Of a stretch of 64,000 bases of DNA, positions 22,453 to 32,056 are shown one piece after another. The translations under genes were made by a program, and so were the position numbers. This DNA comes from Candidatus Rokuibacteriota bacterium. GTDB lineage: Bacteria > Methylomirabilota > Methylomirabilia > Rokubacteriales > CSP1-6. The stretch spans positions 23,369 to 87,368 of the forward strand of contig JBIOXS010000108.1 of NCBI GenBank assembly GCA_044869815.1. Reading direction: 5' to 3'. The stretch's first letter is position 1. Each line of letters starts with the position of its first letter. The notes under the pieces are model-generated. The model made no database searches and was not told the DNA's origin. It was given only the letters and a program-made list of their open reading frames with translations.

Positions 22453-22486
22453 AGTAGAGGGCACATGAGAGTAGAGGGCACATGAG
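22453..22486 (+). repeat. Perfect 17-bp tandem duplication (AGTAGAGGGCACATGAG x2) spanning the proA start
   Basis: Seen directly in the sequence. The first copy carries an out-of-frame ATG at 22465 that opens a 6-codon uORF (MRVEGT). Its TGA overlaps the proA ATG (ATGA). Confidence 0.8.
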
Positions 22487-23738
22487 CCTCAGAGAGCTAG
22501 TCGAGGGCAAGGCGCGGGCGGCCCGGCGAGCGGCCGACGCGCTGGCGCTCTGCGGCACACGGGTGAAGGACGAGGCGCTCGCGCAGATGGCGCGCGCGCT
22601 CGAGGAGAAGTCCGCCGCGCTGCTTGAGGCCAACCGCCTCGACGTCGAACGCGCGCGCGCCAAGGGGCTCACGCGCGCGTTCATCGACCGGCTCACGCTC
22701 AGCGAGGCGCGCGTGGAGCAGATGGCGCAGGGACTCCGCGAGATCGCGGCCTTCCCCGATCCGGTGGGGACGGTGGTGGAGTCGTGGCGGCGGCCGAACG
22801 GGATGGAGATCTCGCGCGTCGCGGTGCCGCTCGGCGTGATCGGCTTCATCTACGAGTCGCGACCGAACGTCACCGCCGACGCGGCCGGGCTCTGCGTGAA
22901 GTCCGGCAACGCGGTGCTCCTCCGGGGCGGCAGCGAGGCCATCGCGTCGAACGCGCTGCTGGCCGCGGTGCTGGGCAAGGCCCTGGAGAAGACGGGCGCG
23001 CCGCCCGACGCCATCCAGTTCCTGGACGTGACGGATCGCGAGGCGGTGGCGCTGATGCTCGAGCAGGACCGGTATCTCGACCTGGTGATTCCGCGCGGCG
23101 GCGAGGAATTCGTGCGCTGGGTGGCCGAGCGCTCGCGAGTGCCCGTCCTGAAGCACGACAAGGGCGTGGTGCACGTCTTCGTCGACGCGGGCGCGGATCT
23201 CGAGATGGCGAGCGCCATCGTGCTGAACGCGAAGACGCACCGCCCCTCCGTGTGCAACGCGCTCGAGACGCTCCTGGTCGACGCGGCGGTGGCTGAGCGC
23301 TTCCTGCCGGCAGTGGCGGCCCGGCTGTCGGAGGCGGGTGTCGAGCTGCGCGGCTGTGCGCGCACGCTGGCCCTCGTGCCGTCGGCGCGGCCCGCCACGG
23401 ACGCGGACTGGGACGAGGAGTACCTGGATCTCGTGCTCGCTATCCGTGTCGTGGACGGGCTTGACGAGGCGATGGACCACATCCGTCGTCATGGCACCGG
23501 GCTCGCGGAGGCGATCGTGACCAACGATCGCGCGCGCGCGCGCCGCTTCACGCGCGAGGTGGACTCGGCCGGCGTGCTCGTGAACGCCTCCACGCGCCTG
23601 CTCGACGGCCAGCAGTTCGGCATGGGCGCCGAGATGGGCATCTCCACCTCTCGGGTGCACGCGCGCGGCCCCGTCGGCGTGAGAGCGCTGACCACGACGA
23701 AGTTCGTCGTACAGGGCGACGGCCAGGTGCGGGACTAG
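22482..23738 (+). CDS. proA: Gamma-glutamyl phosphate reductase
   Basis: 418 aa of the aldehyde dehydrogenase fold. A conserved Cys context (PSVCNALETLLV) is present. Confidence 0.95.
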   Translation: MSLRELVEGKARAARRAADALALCGTRVKDEALAQMARALEEKSAALLEANRLDVERARAKGLTRAFIDRLTLSEARVEQMAQGLREIAAFPDPVGTVVESWRRPNGMEISRVAVPLGVIGFIYESRPNVTADAAGLCVKSGNAVLLRGGSEAIASNALLAAVLGKALEKTGAPPDAIQFLDVTDREAVALMLEQDRYLDLVIPRGGEEFVRWVAERSRVPVLKHDKGVVHVFVDAGADLEMASAIVLNAKTHRPSVCNALETLLVDAAVAERFLPAVAARLSEAGVELRGCARTLALVPSARPATDADWDEEYLDLVLAIRVVDGLDEAMDHIRRHGTGLAEAIVTNDRARARRFTREVDSAGVLVNASTRLLDGQQFGMGAEMGISTSRVHARGPVGVRALTTTKFVVQGDGQVRD

Positions 23739-23739
23739 T

Positions 23740-24396
23740 TTGGCCCGCACCGCGGTGTTCGGTGGGTCGTTCAACCCCATTCACTACGGTCACCTGCTGC
23801 TCGCTGACGATCTGCTGGAGATCCTCCGGCTCGATCGCGTGCTGTTCGTGCCGGCGAAGCATCCTCCTCACAAGGATCCCGCGCGCCTCGCACGGCCGGC
23901 CGATCGGCTGGCGATGGTGCGGCTGGCGACGGCGGGACACCGCGGCTTTGACGTCTCCGATATCGAGCTGGCGCGACCGGGGCCGTCCTACACGGTCGAC
24001 ACGCTGGCCGCCCTCGCGCGACCGGGCGAGGTCCTCTTCCTCATCGTCGGATCGGAGACGTTCCTGGACCTGCTGTCGTGGCGCGCGCCGCGCCGGGTCG
24101 CGCAGCTCGCCCGACTGGTGATCGTGCCCCGTGTGGGCAGTCCCTTCGACGCGGACAGCGAAGCGGCGCAGAAAGTCCTGCGCGAGATCGGCGTCGACGG
24201 CGGATTCACCCACGTCGACGCCGCCGGCGCCGTGCCGGAGCGCGGCGTCATCGTGTCGCGCGCCGCCTCGATGCCGATCTCCGCCTCGGGGCTCCGGCGA
24301 CGGGTACGCGAGGGCCGCTCGCTGGCCTTCCGGCTGCCGCCGGCGGTGGCCGAGTACATCGCGGCCCACGGTCTGTACCGGGAGCCCGCGGTGTGA
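23740..24396 (+). CDS. nadD: Nicotinate-nucleotide adenylyltransferase
   Basis: TTG start. It has the (H/T)xGH nucleotidyltransferase motif GGSFNPIHYGHL. Confidence 0.9.
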   Translation: MARTAVFGGSFNPIHYGHLLLADDLLEILRLDRVLFVPAKHPPHKDPARLARPADRLAMVRLATAGHRGFDVSDIELARPGPSYTVDTLAALARPGEVLFLIVGSETFLDLLSWRAPRRVAQLARLVIVPRVGSPFDADSEAAQKVLREIGVDGGFTHVDAAGAVPERGVIVSRAASMPISASGLRRRVREGRSLAFRLPPAVAEYIAAHGLYREPAV

Positions 24397-24752
24397 CGCT
24401 GCGTCCGTCGGCCGAGCACAAGGCGCGCCGGGCCGCGCGCGCGGCCCTCGACAAGAAGGCCGTCGACCTGACCGTGCTCGACGTCCAGGGCGTGTCGACC
24501 GTCACCGATTACTTCCTCGTCTGCAGCGGACGCTCGGCGCCGCACATCAAGACGATCGCCGACGCGATCCGCGAGGAGCTGAAGGAGGACGGGGTCCGCC
24601 CGCTCCATGCCGAGGGTCAGGCCGAGAGCGGATGGGTGCTGCTCGACTACGGCGACGTGCTGATGCACGTCTTCCTCGCCGACACGCGCGCCTACTACGC
24701 GCTCGAGCGGCTGTGGGGCGACGCGCCGTCCATTCCTGTCGACGGCGTGTGA
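24393..24752 (+). CDS. rsfS: Ribosome silencing factor RsfS (Iojap)
   Basis: The GTG overlaps the nadD stop. 119 aa with the RsfS core KKAVDLTVLDV...TDYFLVCSGRSAPHIKTIADAI. Confidence 0.85.
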   Translation: MTLRPSAEHKARRAARAALDKKAVDLTVLDVQGVSTVTDYFLVCSGRSAPHIKTIADAIREELKEDGVRPLHAEGQAESGWVLLDYGDVLMHVFLADTRAYYALERLWGDAPSIPVDGV

Positions 24753-24843
24753 CGTCGCGCGCGCGCGAGTGTCTTGCGCGCTCCCGCGCTGCGTGCTAGC
24801 GTACGGAAATTCGCCGCGTGGCGGCGCCCGGAGGGGAGGCTCG

Positions 24844-25209
24844 ATGAGAAAAGATCGCGTCGCGCAATTCAAGAAGCGTCTCGTCGAGAAACATCGGCAG
24901 CTCTCGGAAGAGGTGGGGCGCACGGCGCTCTACGTCAAGGACCAGGAAGACGACTCCATCAAGGATCTCGGCGACCAGGCGAACACCGCCTACACCCGCG
25001 AGTTCTTTTTCGAGCTCGGCAACGGTGACCGCCGGCTGCTGCGCGACGTGATCTCGGCCCTGCAGAAGATCGACGACGGCTCCTTCGGCAGCTGCGAGCG
25101 CTGCGGCGAGGATATCGCCGAAAAGCGGCTGGAAGCGCTGCCGTTCGCGCGCTACTGCATCGATTGCCAGCGCGCCATCGAGCAGGAGGAGCGGATGGCG
25201 GCCGGGTAG
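24844..25209 (+). CDS. DksA/TraR-family C4-type zinc-finger protein
   Basis: A coiled-coil N-terminus is followed by CERCGEDIAEKRLEALPFARYCIDCQ. GGAGGGGAGG precedes the ATG. Confidence 0.8.
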   Translation: MRKDRVAQFKKRLVEKHRQLSEEVGRTALYVKDQEDDSIKDLGDQANTAYTREFFFELGNGDRRLLRDVISALQKIDDGSFGSCERCGEDIAEKRLEALPFARYCIDCQRAIEQEERMAAG

Positions 25210-25253
25210 TCGCGCTCCGTTCTCGCCGCGCCGGCCAGGCACCGCCCGCATCG

Positions 25254-26210
25254 ATGTCCCTGACGCTCCGTCCGTCGCTCACCACCCTCACTGTGCTCGG
25301 TCACCGCGCGCTCCGCGCCCTCGGCTTCGAGCGTCCGCCGGCCAGCGGCGAGCACGATCCGCAGGCCGCGGAGGCGATGCAGCGCGCGCAGGAGGCGCGC
25401 CGGGCCGGTCGGCTCGACGAGGCCCGCACGCTCTTCCGCTACGTCGCGCAGCGCTGGCCGGCGCACCGCGGCGCCCTGCACGAGCTGCGCGACCTGGCCG
25501 TCGACGCGCGGCAGTGGGACGAGGCGATCGGCGTGCAGCAGCAGCTCATGGCGCTGGCGCCGCCGGCGGATCGCGCGGCCGAGGCCGCCTGGCTCGCCGT
25601 CGAGTACTACGAGCTCGGCCGCCTGGAGCTGGCGCGCGGCGAGGCGACCAGCGCGGTGGGTCATTTCAAGGCCGCCCTTCGTGCGGACGCCGCGTTCACG
25701 CCGGCGGTGGTGGCGCTCGGCGATGCCTACGAGGCCGTCGGCGATCCGCGCGAAGCGCTGCGCACGTGGGAGCGCGCCGTGGAGACGCAGCCCGCACTGC
25801 CGCTGCTCGCGCGCCTCGAGCGCGCCTACCGCGAGCAGAGCCGCCCGAGCCGCATGATCGCGCTGTACCGCAGCGCGTCCGAGCGGGCGCCCGACGACCT
25901 CGCCCTCGCCGCCGCGCTCGGCCGCGTGTACTTCGAGCTCGAGATGCTCGACGAGGCCGCCGACCAGTTCGAGAAGCTCGAGGTCCGCGCCCCGGATCTG
26001 CCCGTCGTCCACGCCTTCCTCGGCGCCGTCTTCGAGCGCCGCGGCGAGACGCGCGAGGCCTTCGAGGAATATCGGCGTGCGCTGCGACTGGGCCACGCCT
26101 TCGACTGGCCACACCGCTGCACCGCCTGCGGCGCCGTGGCGCCGCGCTGGCAGGATCGTTGTGGCGGCTGTCGCCGCTGGAACACGCTCCGCCCGAGCCA
26201 GACGCGCTGA
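25254..26210 (+). CDS. TPR-repeat protein with C-terminal rubredoxin-type zinc ribbon (LapB/YciM-like)
   Basis: TPR-like helices are followed by HRCTACGAVAPRWQDRCGGCRRWN. The exact start is uncertain. Confidence 0.5.
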   Translation: MSLTLRPSLTTLTVLGHRALRALGFERPPASGEHDPQAAEAMQRAQEARRAGRLDEARTLFRYVAQRWPAHRGALHELRDLAVDARQWDEAIGVQQQLMALAPPADRAAEAAWLAVEYYELGRLELARGEATSAVGHFKAALRADAAFTPAVVALGDAYEAVGDPREALRTWERAVETQPALPLLARLERAYREQSRPSRMIALYRSASERAPDDLALAAALGRVYFELEMLDEAADQFEKLEVRAPDLPVVHAFLGAVFERRGETREAFEEYRRALRLGHAFDWPHRCTACGAVAPRWQDRCGGCRRWNTLRPSQTR

Positions 26211-26275
26211 ACCTGGCCGTGCCCGTCTAGAACAGGCCACCTGCGGTTCACACGGAACACAGGGCTCCGATAACA

Positions 26276-27013
26276 ATGGCCATGCGGGAGTGGGCGCTGG
26301 CCGCGCTCGATCTCGTCTTCCCCGCGCTCTGCGCCGTGTGCGCGACGGCGCTCGGCCCCGGCCGGCGCGATCCGCTGTGCGCCGCGTGCTGGAACGCCAT
26401 CCGGCGGATCGACTCGCCCCTCTGCGGGCGGTGCGGCCTGCCCTTCCTCGTGTTCGACGTGGCGCGTGCTGAGGCGCTGGCCGTCGGCGGACCCTGCGGC
26501 GACTGCGCGATCGCGCCGCCCGCCTTCGACTGGGCGCGGGCGGGCGGTGTGTATGCAGGGCCCCTGCGGGAGGCGGTCCAGCGACTGAAGTTCGCGCGCA
26601 AGCCCGCCCTCGCGCGCCCGCTCGGCGATCTGGTCGTGGAGCAGTGGGCGGCGCGGCTCCCCGCGCTCGACGCGGTGGTGCCGGTGCCGCTCGCGCGCGC
26701 CCGCGAGCGCGCGCGTGGATTCAACCAGGCGATGCTCCTGGCGGAGCGGATCGCCCGCGGTCTCGGCACGCGCCTCGAGGCGCGCTGGCTGGCCCGCGCG
26801 CGCGACACGGCGCCGCAGACGGACCTGACCGGCGCTGCGCGCCGGGCCAACGTCCGCGGCGCCTTCATCGCGTCGGCCGCGGTGGCCGACCGCGATGTCG
26901 CCCTCGTGGACGACGTGCTCACGACGGGCGCGACGGCCTCGGAGTGCGCGCGCGTGCTGCGCGGCGCGGGCGCGCGCAGCGTCGGCGTGCTCACAGTTGC
27001 CCGTGTATTGTAA
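26276..27013 (+). CDS. ComF-family phosphoribosyltransferase-domain protein
   Basis: It has an N-terminal zinc-finger cysteine cluster (CAVC...CAACW...CGRCG...CGDC) and the PRTase motif VALVDDVLTTGAT. Confidence 0.75.
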   Translation: MAMREWALAALDLVFPALCAVCATALGPGRRDPLCAACWNAIRRIDSPLCGRCGLPFLVFDVARAEALAVGGPCGDCAIAPPAFDWARAGGVYAGPLREAVQRLKFARKPALARPLGDLVVEQWAARLPALDAVVPVPLARARERARGFNQAMLLAERIARGLGTRLEARWLARARDTAPQTDLTGAARRANVRGAFIASAAVADRDVALVDDVLTTGATASECARVLRGAGARSVGVLTVARVL

Positions 27014-27026
27014 GTGGCCGTATAAT
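26997..27026 (+). promoter_or_regulatory. Candidate sigma-70 promoter for the gap-pgk-tpiA-secG operon
   Basis: TTGCCC, an 18-nt spacer, then TATAAT. AAGGAG RBS lies 5 nt before the gap ATG. Confidence 0.4.
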
Positions 27027-27055
27027 TTCGACCGAACCCAGCCAAAGGAGCTCCC

Positions 27056-28060
27056 ATGAGTATTCGAGTCGGCGTCAATGGATTCGGCCGCATCGGGCGA
27101 GTTTTCTTTCGCACCGCGCTCGAGGCGAGCGACATCGAAGTGGTCGGCGTCAACGATCTGGCCGATGCCAAGACCCTGGCCCACCTGCTGAAGCACGACT
27201 CGGTCCACGGCAATCTCAAGGCCGAGGTCACGTCGAAGGGCGAAGCGATCTTCGTCAACGGGCGGGAGATCCGCGTCTGCGCCATCAAGGATCCCGCCTC
27301 GCTGCCGTGGAAGGAGCTCGGCGTGGATGTCGTCGTGGAGTCGACGGGCATCTTCCGCGACACCGCGACGGCCAGCAAGCACATCGCCGCCGGCGCCAAG
27401 AAGGTGATCATCACGGCCCCGGCCAAGGACCCGGACGTGACGGTGGTCCTCGGCGTCAACGAGAAGAGCTACGATGCCGCCAAGCACCGCATCATCTCGA
27501 ATGCCTCGTGCACGACCAACTGCCTGGCCACCACCGCGAAGGTCCTCGACGACAAGTTCGGCATCAAGCGCGGCTTCATGACGACCGTCCACTCCTACAC
27601 CAACGACCAGCCGATCCACGACTTTCCGCACAAGGACCTGCGCCGGGCGCGCGCCGGCGCCGTGAGCATGATCCCCACCACCACCGGCGCCGCCACCGCC
27701 GTGGGCCTGGTGCTGCCCAAGCTCAAGGGCAAGCTCGACGGCATTGCCATCCGCGTGCCGACCGCGAACGTGTCCGTGGTCGACCTGGTGGCCGAGCTGG
27801 ACCGGCCGGCCACGCCGCAGGCCGTGAACGATGCCTTCCGCGAGGCGGCGACCGGCGCCCTGCGCGGCATCCTCGACGCCACGGACGAGGAGCTCGTCTC
27901 CGCGGACTTCAACGGCAACCCGCACTCGTCGATCGTCGATCTGCCCTCCACCGCGTTCGTCGACGGCAACCTCATCAAGGTGCTCGCCTGGTACGACAAC
28001 GAGTGGGGCTACTCGTCACGGGTGCGCGACCTGATCAAGTTCATCGGCAAGACGCTGTAA
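27056..28060 (+). CDS. gap: Glyceraldehyde-3-phosphate dehydrogenase
   Basis: It has the NGFGRIGR N-terminus and the SNASCTTNCLA active site. Confidence 0.95.
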   Translation: MSIRVGVNGFGRIGRVFFRTALEASDIEVVGVNDLADAKTLAHLLKHDSVHGNLKAEVTSKGEAIFVNGREIRVCAIKDPASLPWKELGVDVVVESTGIFRDTATASKHIAAGAKKVIITAPAKDPDVTVVLGVNEKSYDAAKHRIISNASCTTNCLATTAKVLDDKFGIKRGFMTTVHSYTNDQPIHDFPHKDLRRARAGAVSMIPTTTGAATAVGLVLPKLKGKLDGIAIRVPTANVSVVDLVAELDRPATPQAVNDAFREAATGALRGILDATDEELVSADFNGNPHSSIVDLPSTAFVDGNLIKVLAWYDNEWGYSSRVRDLIKFIGKTL

Positions 28061-28061
28061 C

Positions 28062-29246
28062 TTGCCGAAGCTCACGATCGAGCGGCTGGCGCTGTCCGGC
28101 AAGCGCGTGTTCGTCCGCGCCGACCTGAACGTCCCCCTGGAAGGCGGCAAGGTCTCGGACGATACGCGGCTGCAGGCGGTGGTGCCGACGCTCCGTTACG
28201 CGCTCGACGCCGGCGCCTCGGTCGTGCTGGCCTCGCACCTCGGCCGCCCCAAAGGCCGACCCGATCCGGCATACTCGCTACGGCCCGTGGCGGAGCGGCT
28301 CGCCTCACTGCTCGAGCGCCCGGTGCCGCTCGCACCCGATTGCGTGGGCGACGCCGCGCGCGCACAGGCGCAAACGCTCAAGCCCGGCGAGGTGCTGCTG
28401 CTGGAGAACCTGAGATTCCACCCCGAGGAGGAAGAGAACGACGACGGGTTCGCCCGGCAGCTGGCGGAGCTCGCCGACTGCTACGTGGACGACGCCTTCG
28501 CGGCGGCCCACCGCGCCCACGCCTCGATCGCCGCCATCACGCGGCACCTGCAGCCGGCGGCGGCCGGCTTGCTCATGCAGCGAGAGCTGGCGGCGCTCGG
28601 CCGGATACTCGAGTCGCCGGAGCGTCCGCTCGTGGCGCTGCTCGGCGGGGCCAAGGTCTCCGACAAGGTCGCGCTCGTCGAGCATCTCATCGGCACGGTG
28701 GACGCGCTCGTCATCGGCGGCGGCATGGCCTTCACCTTTCTGCGCGCGCTCGGCCACTCCATCGGACGGTCGCTCGTGGAGCCGGACAGGATCGAGACGG
28801 CGCGCGGAGCGCTCAACGCAGCGCGAAGCCGCGGAGTCCCGCTCACGCTCCCCGTCGACACGGTGGTTGCCGACGGGCTCGACAGCGACGTCGGCCGCGC
28901 GGTCGGCATCCGCGAGATTCCGGATGCCCAGATGGGCCTCGACATCGGACCGCGAACGACGGAGCGGTTCGCCGCCGTCCTGAAGTCCGCGCGCACGATC
29001 GTCTGGAATGGCCCCATGGGCGTTTTCGAAAAGCCGCCGTTCGCGACGGGCACGCTCGCGGTGGCGCGGGCGGTCGCCGACGCGCCGGCCTTTTCGGTCA
29101 TCGGCGGGGGCGACACGATCGCCGCCGTCAACATGGCCGGTGTCGCGGATCGCATCGGCTACATCTCGACGGCCGGCGGCGCGTTCCTCGAATTCCTCGA
29201 GGGGCGCCCGCTGCCCGGCGTCGAGGCGCTGACGGAGGCTCGGTGA
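28062..29246 (+). CDS. pgk: Phosphoglycerate kinase
   Basis: TTG start. 394 aa with typical PGK motifs. Confidence 0.95.
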   Translation: MPKLTIERLALSGKRVFVRADLNVPLEGGKVSDDTRLQAVVPTLRYALDAGASVVLASHLGRPKGRPDPAYSLRPVAERLASLLERPVPLAPDCVGDAARAQAQTLKPGEVLLLENLRFHPEEEENDDGFARQLAELADCYVDDAFAAAHRAHASIAAITRHLQPAAAGLLMQRELAALGRILESPERPLVALLGGAKVSDKVALVEHLIGTVDALVIGGGMAFTFLRALGHSIGRSLVEPDRIETARGALNAARSRGVPLTLPVDTVVADGLDSDVGRAVGIREIPDAQMGLDIGPRTTERFAAVLKSARTIVWNGPMGVFEKPPFATGTLAVARAVADAPAFSVIGGGDTIAAVNMAGVADRIGYISTAGGAFLEFLEGRPLPGVEALTEAR

Positions 29247-30019
29247 TGCGGACGCCGCTGGTGATCGGCAACTGGAAGATGCACGGCACCATTCCCGAGG
29301 CGCGCGCGCTCGCCACCGGCATTCGCGACGGGTTGAAGCGGCCGCGGGGCGTCGAGGTGGCGATCTGTCCGGCGTTCACCGCGCTGGCCGCCGTGTCGGA
29401 GATCGTCAACGGCACTCCCATCGCCCTGGGCGCCCAGACCTGCCATCATGAGCCGTCGGGCGCGCACACCGGCGAGATCTCGCCGCCGATGCTGCTCGAC
29501 CTCGGCTGCCGCTACGTGCTGGCCGGCCACTCCGAACGCCGGCGCGAGCTGGGCGAGAGCGATACGCAGATCAACCGCAAGGTCGTGGCGGCCGTGGCGC
29601 ACGGCCTCACGCCGGTGCTATGCGTCGGCGAAACGGCGGACGAGCGCCGGCAAGGGCTCACCTTCACGACCGTCGAGGGGCAGCTGCGCGCCGGCCTCGC
29701 GCGTGTCGAGCCGGCTGCGCTCGGCAAGGTGGTTCTGGCCTACGAGCCCGTATGGGCCATCGGTACCGGCGTCAACGCGACGCCCGCGCAGGCGGCGGAG
29801 GTGCACGGCTATCTCCGAGGGCTCCTCTCCGAGCTCGCATCCAAGGAGATCGCGCAGGGGGTCCGTATCCTCTATGGCGGCAGCGTCAAGGCCGACAACA
29901 TCGACGCGCTCGCGGCCGAGACGGAGATCGACGGCGCGCTCGTGGGGGGCGCCAGCCTCGTCGCGCAGGGGTTCATCGCTATCGTGCGGAAGGCGGCGCG
30001 AGCCGCGAGGGGAGAGTAG
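29246..30019 (+). CDS. tpiA: Triosephosphate isomerase
   Basis: The ATG overlaps the pgk stop. It has NWKMHGT and AYEPVWAIGTG. Confidence 0.95.
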   Translation: MRTPLVIGNWKMHGTIPEARALATGIRDGLKRPRGVEVAICPAFTALAAVSEIVNGTPIALGAQTCHHEPSGAHTGEISPPMLLDLGCRYVLAGHSERRRELGESDTQINRKVVAAVAHGLTPVLCVGETADERRQGLTFTTVEGQLRAGLARVEPAALGKVVLAYEPVWAIGTGVNATPAQAAEVHGYLRGLLSELASKEIAQGVRILYGGSVKADNIDALAAETEIDGALVGGASLVAQGFIAIVRKAARAARGE

Positions 30020-30020
30020 A

Positions 30021-30365
30021 TTGATCATCGCGCTCACCATCGTTCACGTCCTCATGTGCCTGGCGATCATCGCGATCGTGCTGCTCCAGGCCGGCAAGGG
30101 CGCCGACATCGGCTCGGCGTTCGGCGGCGCGGGCAGCCAGGCGGTGTTCGGCTCGATGGGCACCCCGACCGTGCTCGGCAAGATCACGGCCGCCGTCGCC
30201 ATCGTGTTCACCGTCACCTCGTTCTCGCTGGCGCTCCTCGGCGGCGAGCGCTCCGCCTCGGTGGTGCGCGAGCCGGTGCCGGCTCCCGCGCCCGCGGCGC
30301 CCGCGCCGGCCGCGCCCGCTGCTCCGGCTGTGCCCGCGGCGCCGGCTCCGGCGCCGTCGAAGTAG
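30021..30365 (+). CDS. secG: Preprotein translocase subunit SecG
   Basis: TTG start. It has two TM helices, the motif LLQAGKGADIGSAFGG, and a Pro/Ala-rich tail. Confidence 0.85.
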   Translation: MIIALTIVHVLMCLAIIAIVLLQAGKGADIGSAFGGAGSQAVFGSMGTPTVLGKITAAVAIVFTVTSFSLALLGGERSASVVREPVPAPAPAAPAPAAPAAPAVPAAPAPAPSK

Positions 30366-30391
30366 CGGGAGAGCACCGTGTGTCGGCCGGC

Positions 30392-32053
30392 ATGATGGTG
30401 ACGCGGCTCGTCGCCCTCGGTGTCGTCATCGCGCTGCTCTCCGCCTGCGCGGGCGACGGAGACCGCGCCGGCGAGCCGGCGCCGCCGCTCCTCGCCTCGG
30501 CGGCGGCCGACACGCCGGCGTACGGCGACACCTACATCGACTCGCTGCTCGGGGACATCTCCAGCCTCATCCCGACCATCACCAGCGACGGCTCGTCGCA
30601 CGCGGTGGGCGGACTCATCTACAGCGGACTCGTGCGCTACGACAAGAACCTGGCGCCGGAAGGCGACCTCGCCGAGTCGTGGTCATTCAGCGCGGACTGC
30701 CGGCGGCTGACGTTCCGGCTGCGTCCGGGCGTGCGCTGGCACGACGGCCAGCCGTTTACGGCGGACGACGTCGTCTTCACCTGGCAGACGATCGTGAATC
30801 CACAGACGCCGAGCCCCTACAAGGCCGACTACCTCGACGTCGAGAAGGTCGAGGCCGACGGTCCTCACACCGTGCACGTGTACTATCGGCAGCCCTACGC
30901 CAAGGCGCTCACGAGCTGGGCCACCTGGATGCTGCCCCGCCACCTCCTGGAGCCGTTCGTGCGCGAGGGCCGCATCCGCGAAGCGCCGCAGAACTGGAAT
31001 GCGCCGATCGGGACCGGACCGTACCGGTTCGTCTCGCGGCGGGCGGGCGAGCGCATCGTCCTCGTGGCGAGCCCGGACTACTGGGAGGGCCGGCCGAACC
31101 TCTCGCGCGTGGTCTATCGGGTCATTCCGAGCCAGGCCACCACGTTCCTCGAGCTCAAGGCGAAGGGCGTCGACTCGGCCGCGCTCACCGCGCTCCAGTA
31201 CAAGCGGCAGACCGACTATCCGGCCTTCGCCCGCGCCTACACGAAGTTCCACTATCCGAGCAACGCGTACACGTACTTCGGCTTCAATCTCAAGGATCCG
31301 CGCTTCGCCGATCGCCGGGTGCGGCAGGCCTTCGCCCACGCCATCAACAAGCGCGAGCTCATCGACGGAGTCATCCTCGGCATGGGGCGTGAGGCGACGG
31401 GGCCGTACAAGCCGGGGACGTGGGCGCACACGGACCGTGTGAAGCGTTACCCGTACGACATGAACCGCGCGCGCCAGCTGCTGGCCCAGGCTGGTTGGAC
31501 GGAGCGCAACGCCGATGGCCTCCTCGTCAAGGACGGCCGGCCGTTCACCTTCGAGATCCTCACCAACCAGGGCAACGACGAGCGCAAGAAGATCGCCGAG
31601 ATCCTCCAGTCGCAGCTGCGCGAGCTCGGCGTGGGCGTCGAGATCCGCATCCTCGAGTGGGCGGCGCTGCTGAAGGAGCACATCCGCAAGCGCCGCTTCG
31701 AGGCCATCGTGCTCGGGTGGGGGACCGGCGTCGATCCTGACCAGTTCGTCATCTGGCACTCCTCGCAGATGGCGCCGGAGCAGATGAACCACATCGGCTA
31801 CTCGAACCCGGCGGCCGATGCCGCCCTCGAGCAGGGACGGACCGCCTGCGTGCAGGCGGAGCGGGTCAAGCACTATCACCGCCTGCAGGAGATCCTCGCC
31901 GAGGACCAGCCGATCGTGTTCCTGTATTTCCGCGAGGCGCTGCCGGTGGTCTCCTCGCGCATCCACGGCATCGATCCCGGCCCCAACGGCATCAGCTTCA
32001 ACTTCACGAAATGGTTCGTGCCCAGGCAGCTGCAGCGGTACACGGCGGGCTGA
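30392..32053 (+). CDS. ABC transporter substrate-binding lipoprotein, family 5 (peptide/nickel, OppA/DppA-like)
   Basis: The lipoprotein signal is MMVTRLVALGVVIALLSAC. It is a 553-aa SBP_bac_5-like protein. Confidence 0.85.
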   Translation: MMVTRLVALGVVIALLSACAGDGDRAGEPAPPLLASAAADTPAYGDTYIDSLLGDISSLIPTITSDGSSHAVGGLIYSGLVRYDKNLAPEGDLAESWSFSADCRRLTFRLRPGVRWHDGQPFTADDVVFTWQTIVNPQTPSPYKADYLDVEKVEADGPHTVHVYYRQPYAKALTSWATWMLPRHLLEPFVREGRIREAPQNWNAPIGTGPYRFVSRRAGERIVLVASPDYWEGRPNLSRVVYRVIPSQATTFLELKAKGVDSAALTALQYKRQTDYPAFARAYTKFHYPSNAYTYFGFNLKDPRFADRRVRQAFAHAINKRELIDGVILGMGREATGPYKPGTWAHTDRVKRYPYDMNRARQLLAQAGWTERNADGLLVKDGRPFTFEILTNQGNDERKKIAEILQSQLRELGVGVEIRILEWAALLKEHIRKRRFEAIVLGWGTGVDPDQFVIWHSSQMAPEQMNHIGYSNPAADAALEQGRTACVQAERVKHYHRLQEILAEDQPIVFLYFREALPVVSSRIHGIDPGPNGISFNFTKWFVPRQLQRYTAG

Positions 32054-32056
32054 GCG

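Noticed and set aside
30300-30360. Short Pro/Ala repeat (PAPAPAAPAPAAPAAPAVPAAPAPAP) at the secG 3' end. Similar Ala/Pro stretches occur in E2 and in the 36781-37263 protein.
   Set aside because: These are ordinary low-complexity linker-coding sequence in a high-GC genome, not CRISPR or a structured repeat array. No CRISPR-like regularly spaced repeats were found anywhere in the window.
32051-32053. TGA recoding (stop read as an amino acid) fusing the SBP and the permease.
   Set aside because: TGA terminates many well-defined genes in this window, for example nuoA, nuoB, pgk and nadD, so it is a genuine stop in this organism. An SBP-permease fusion is also not a known architecture.
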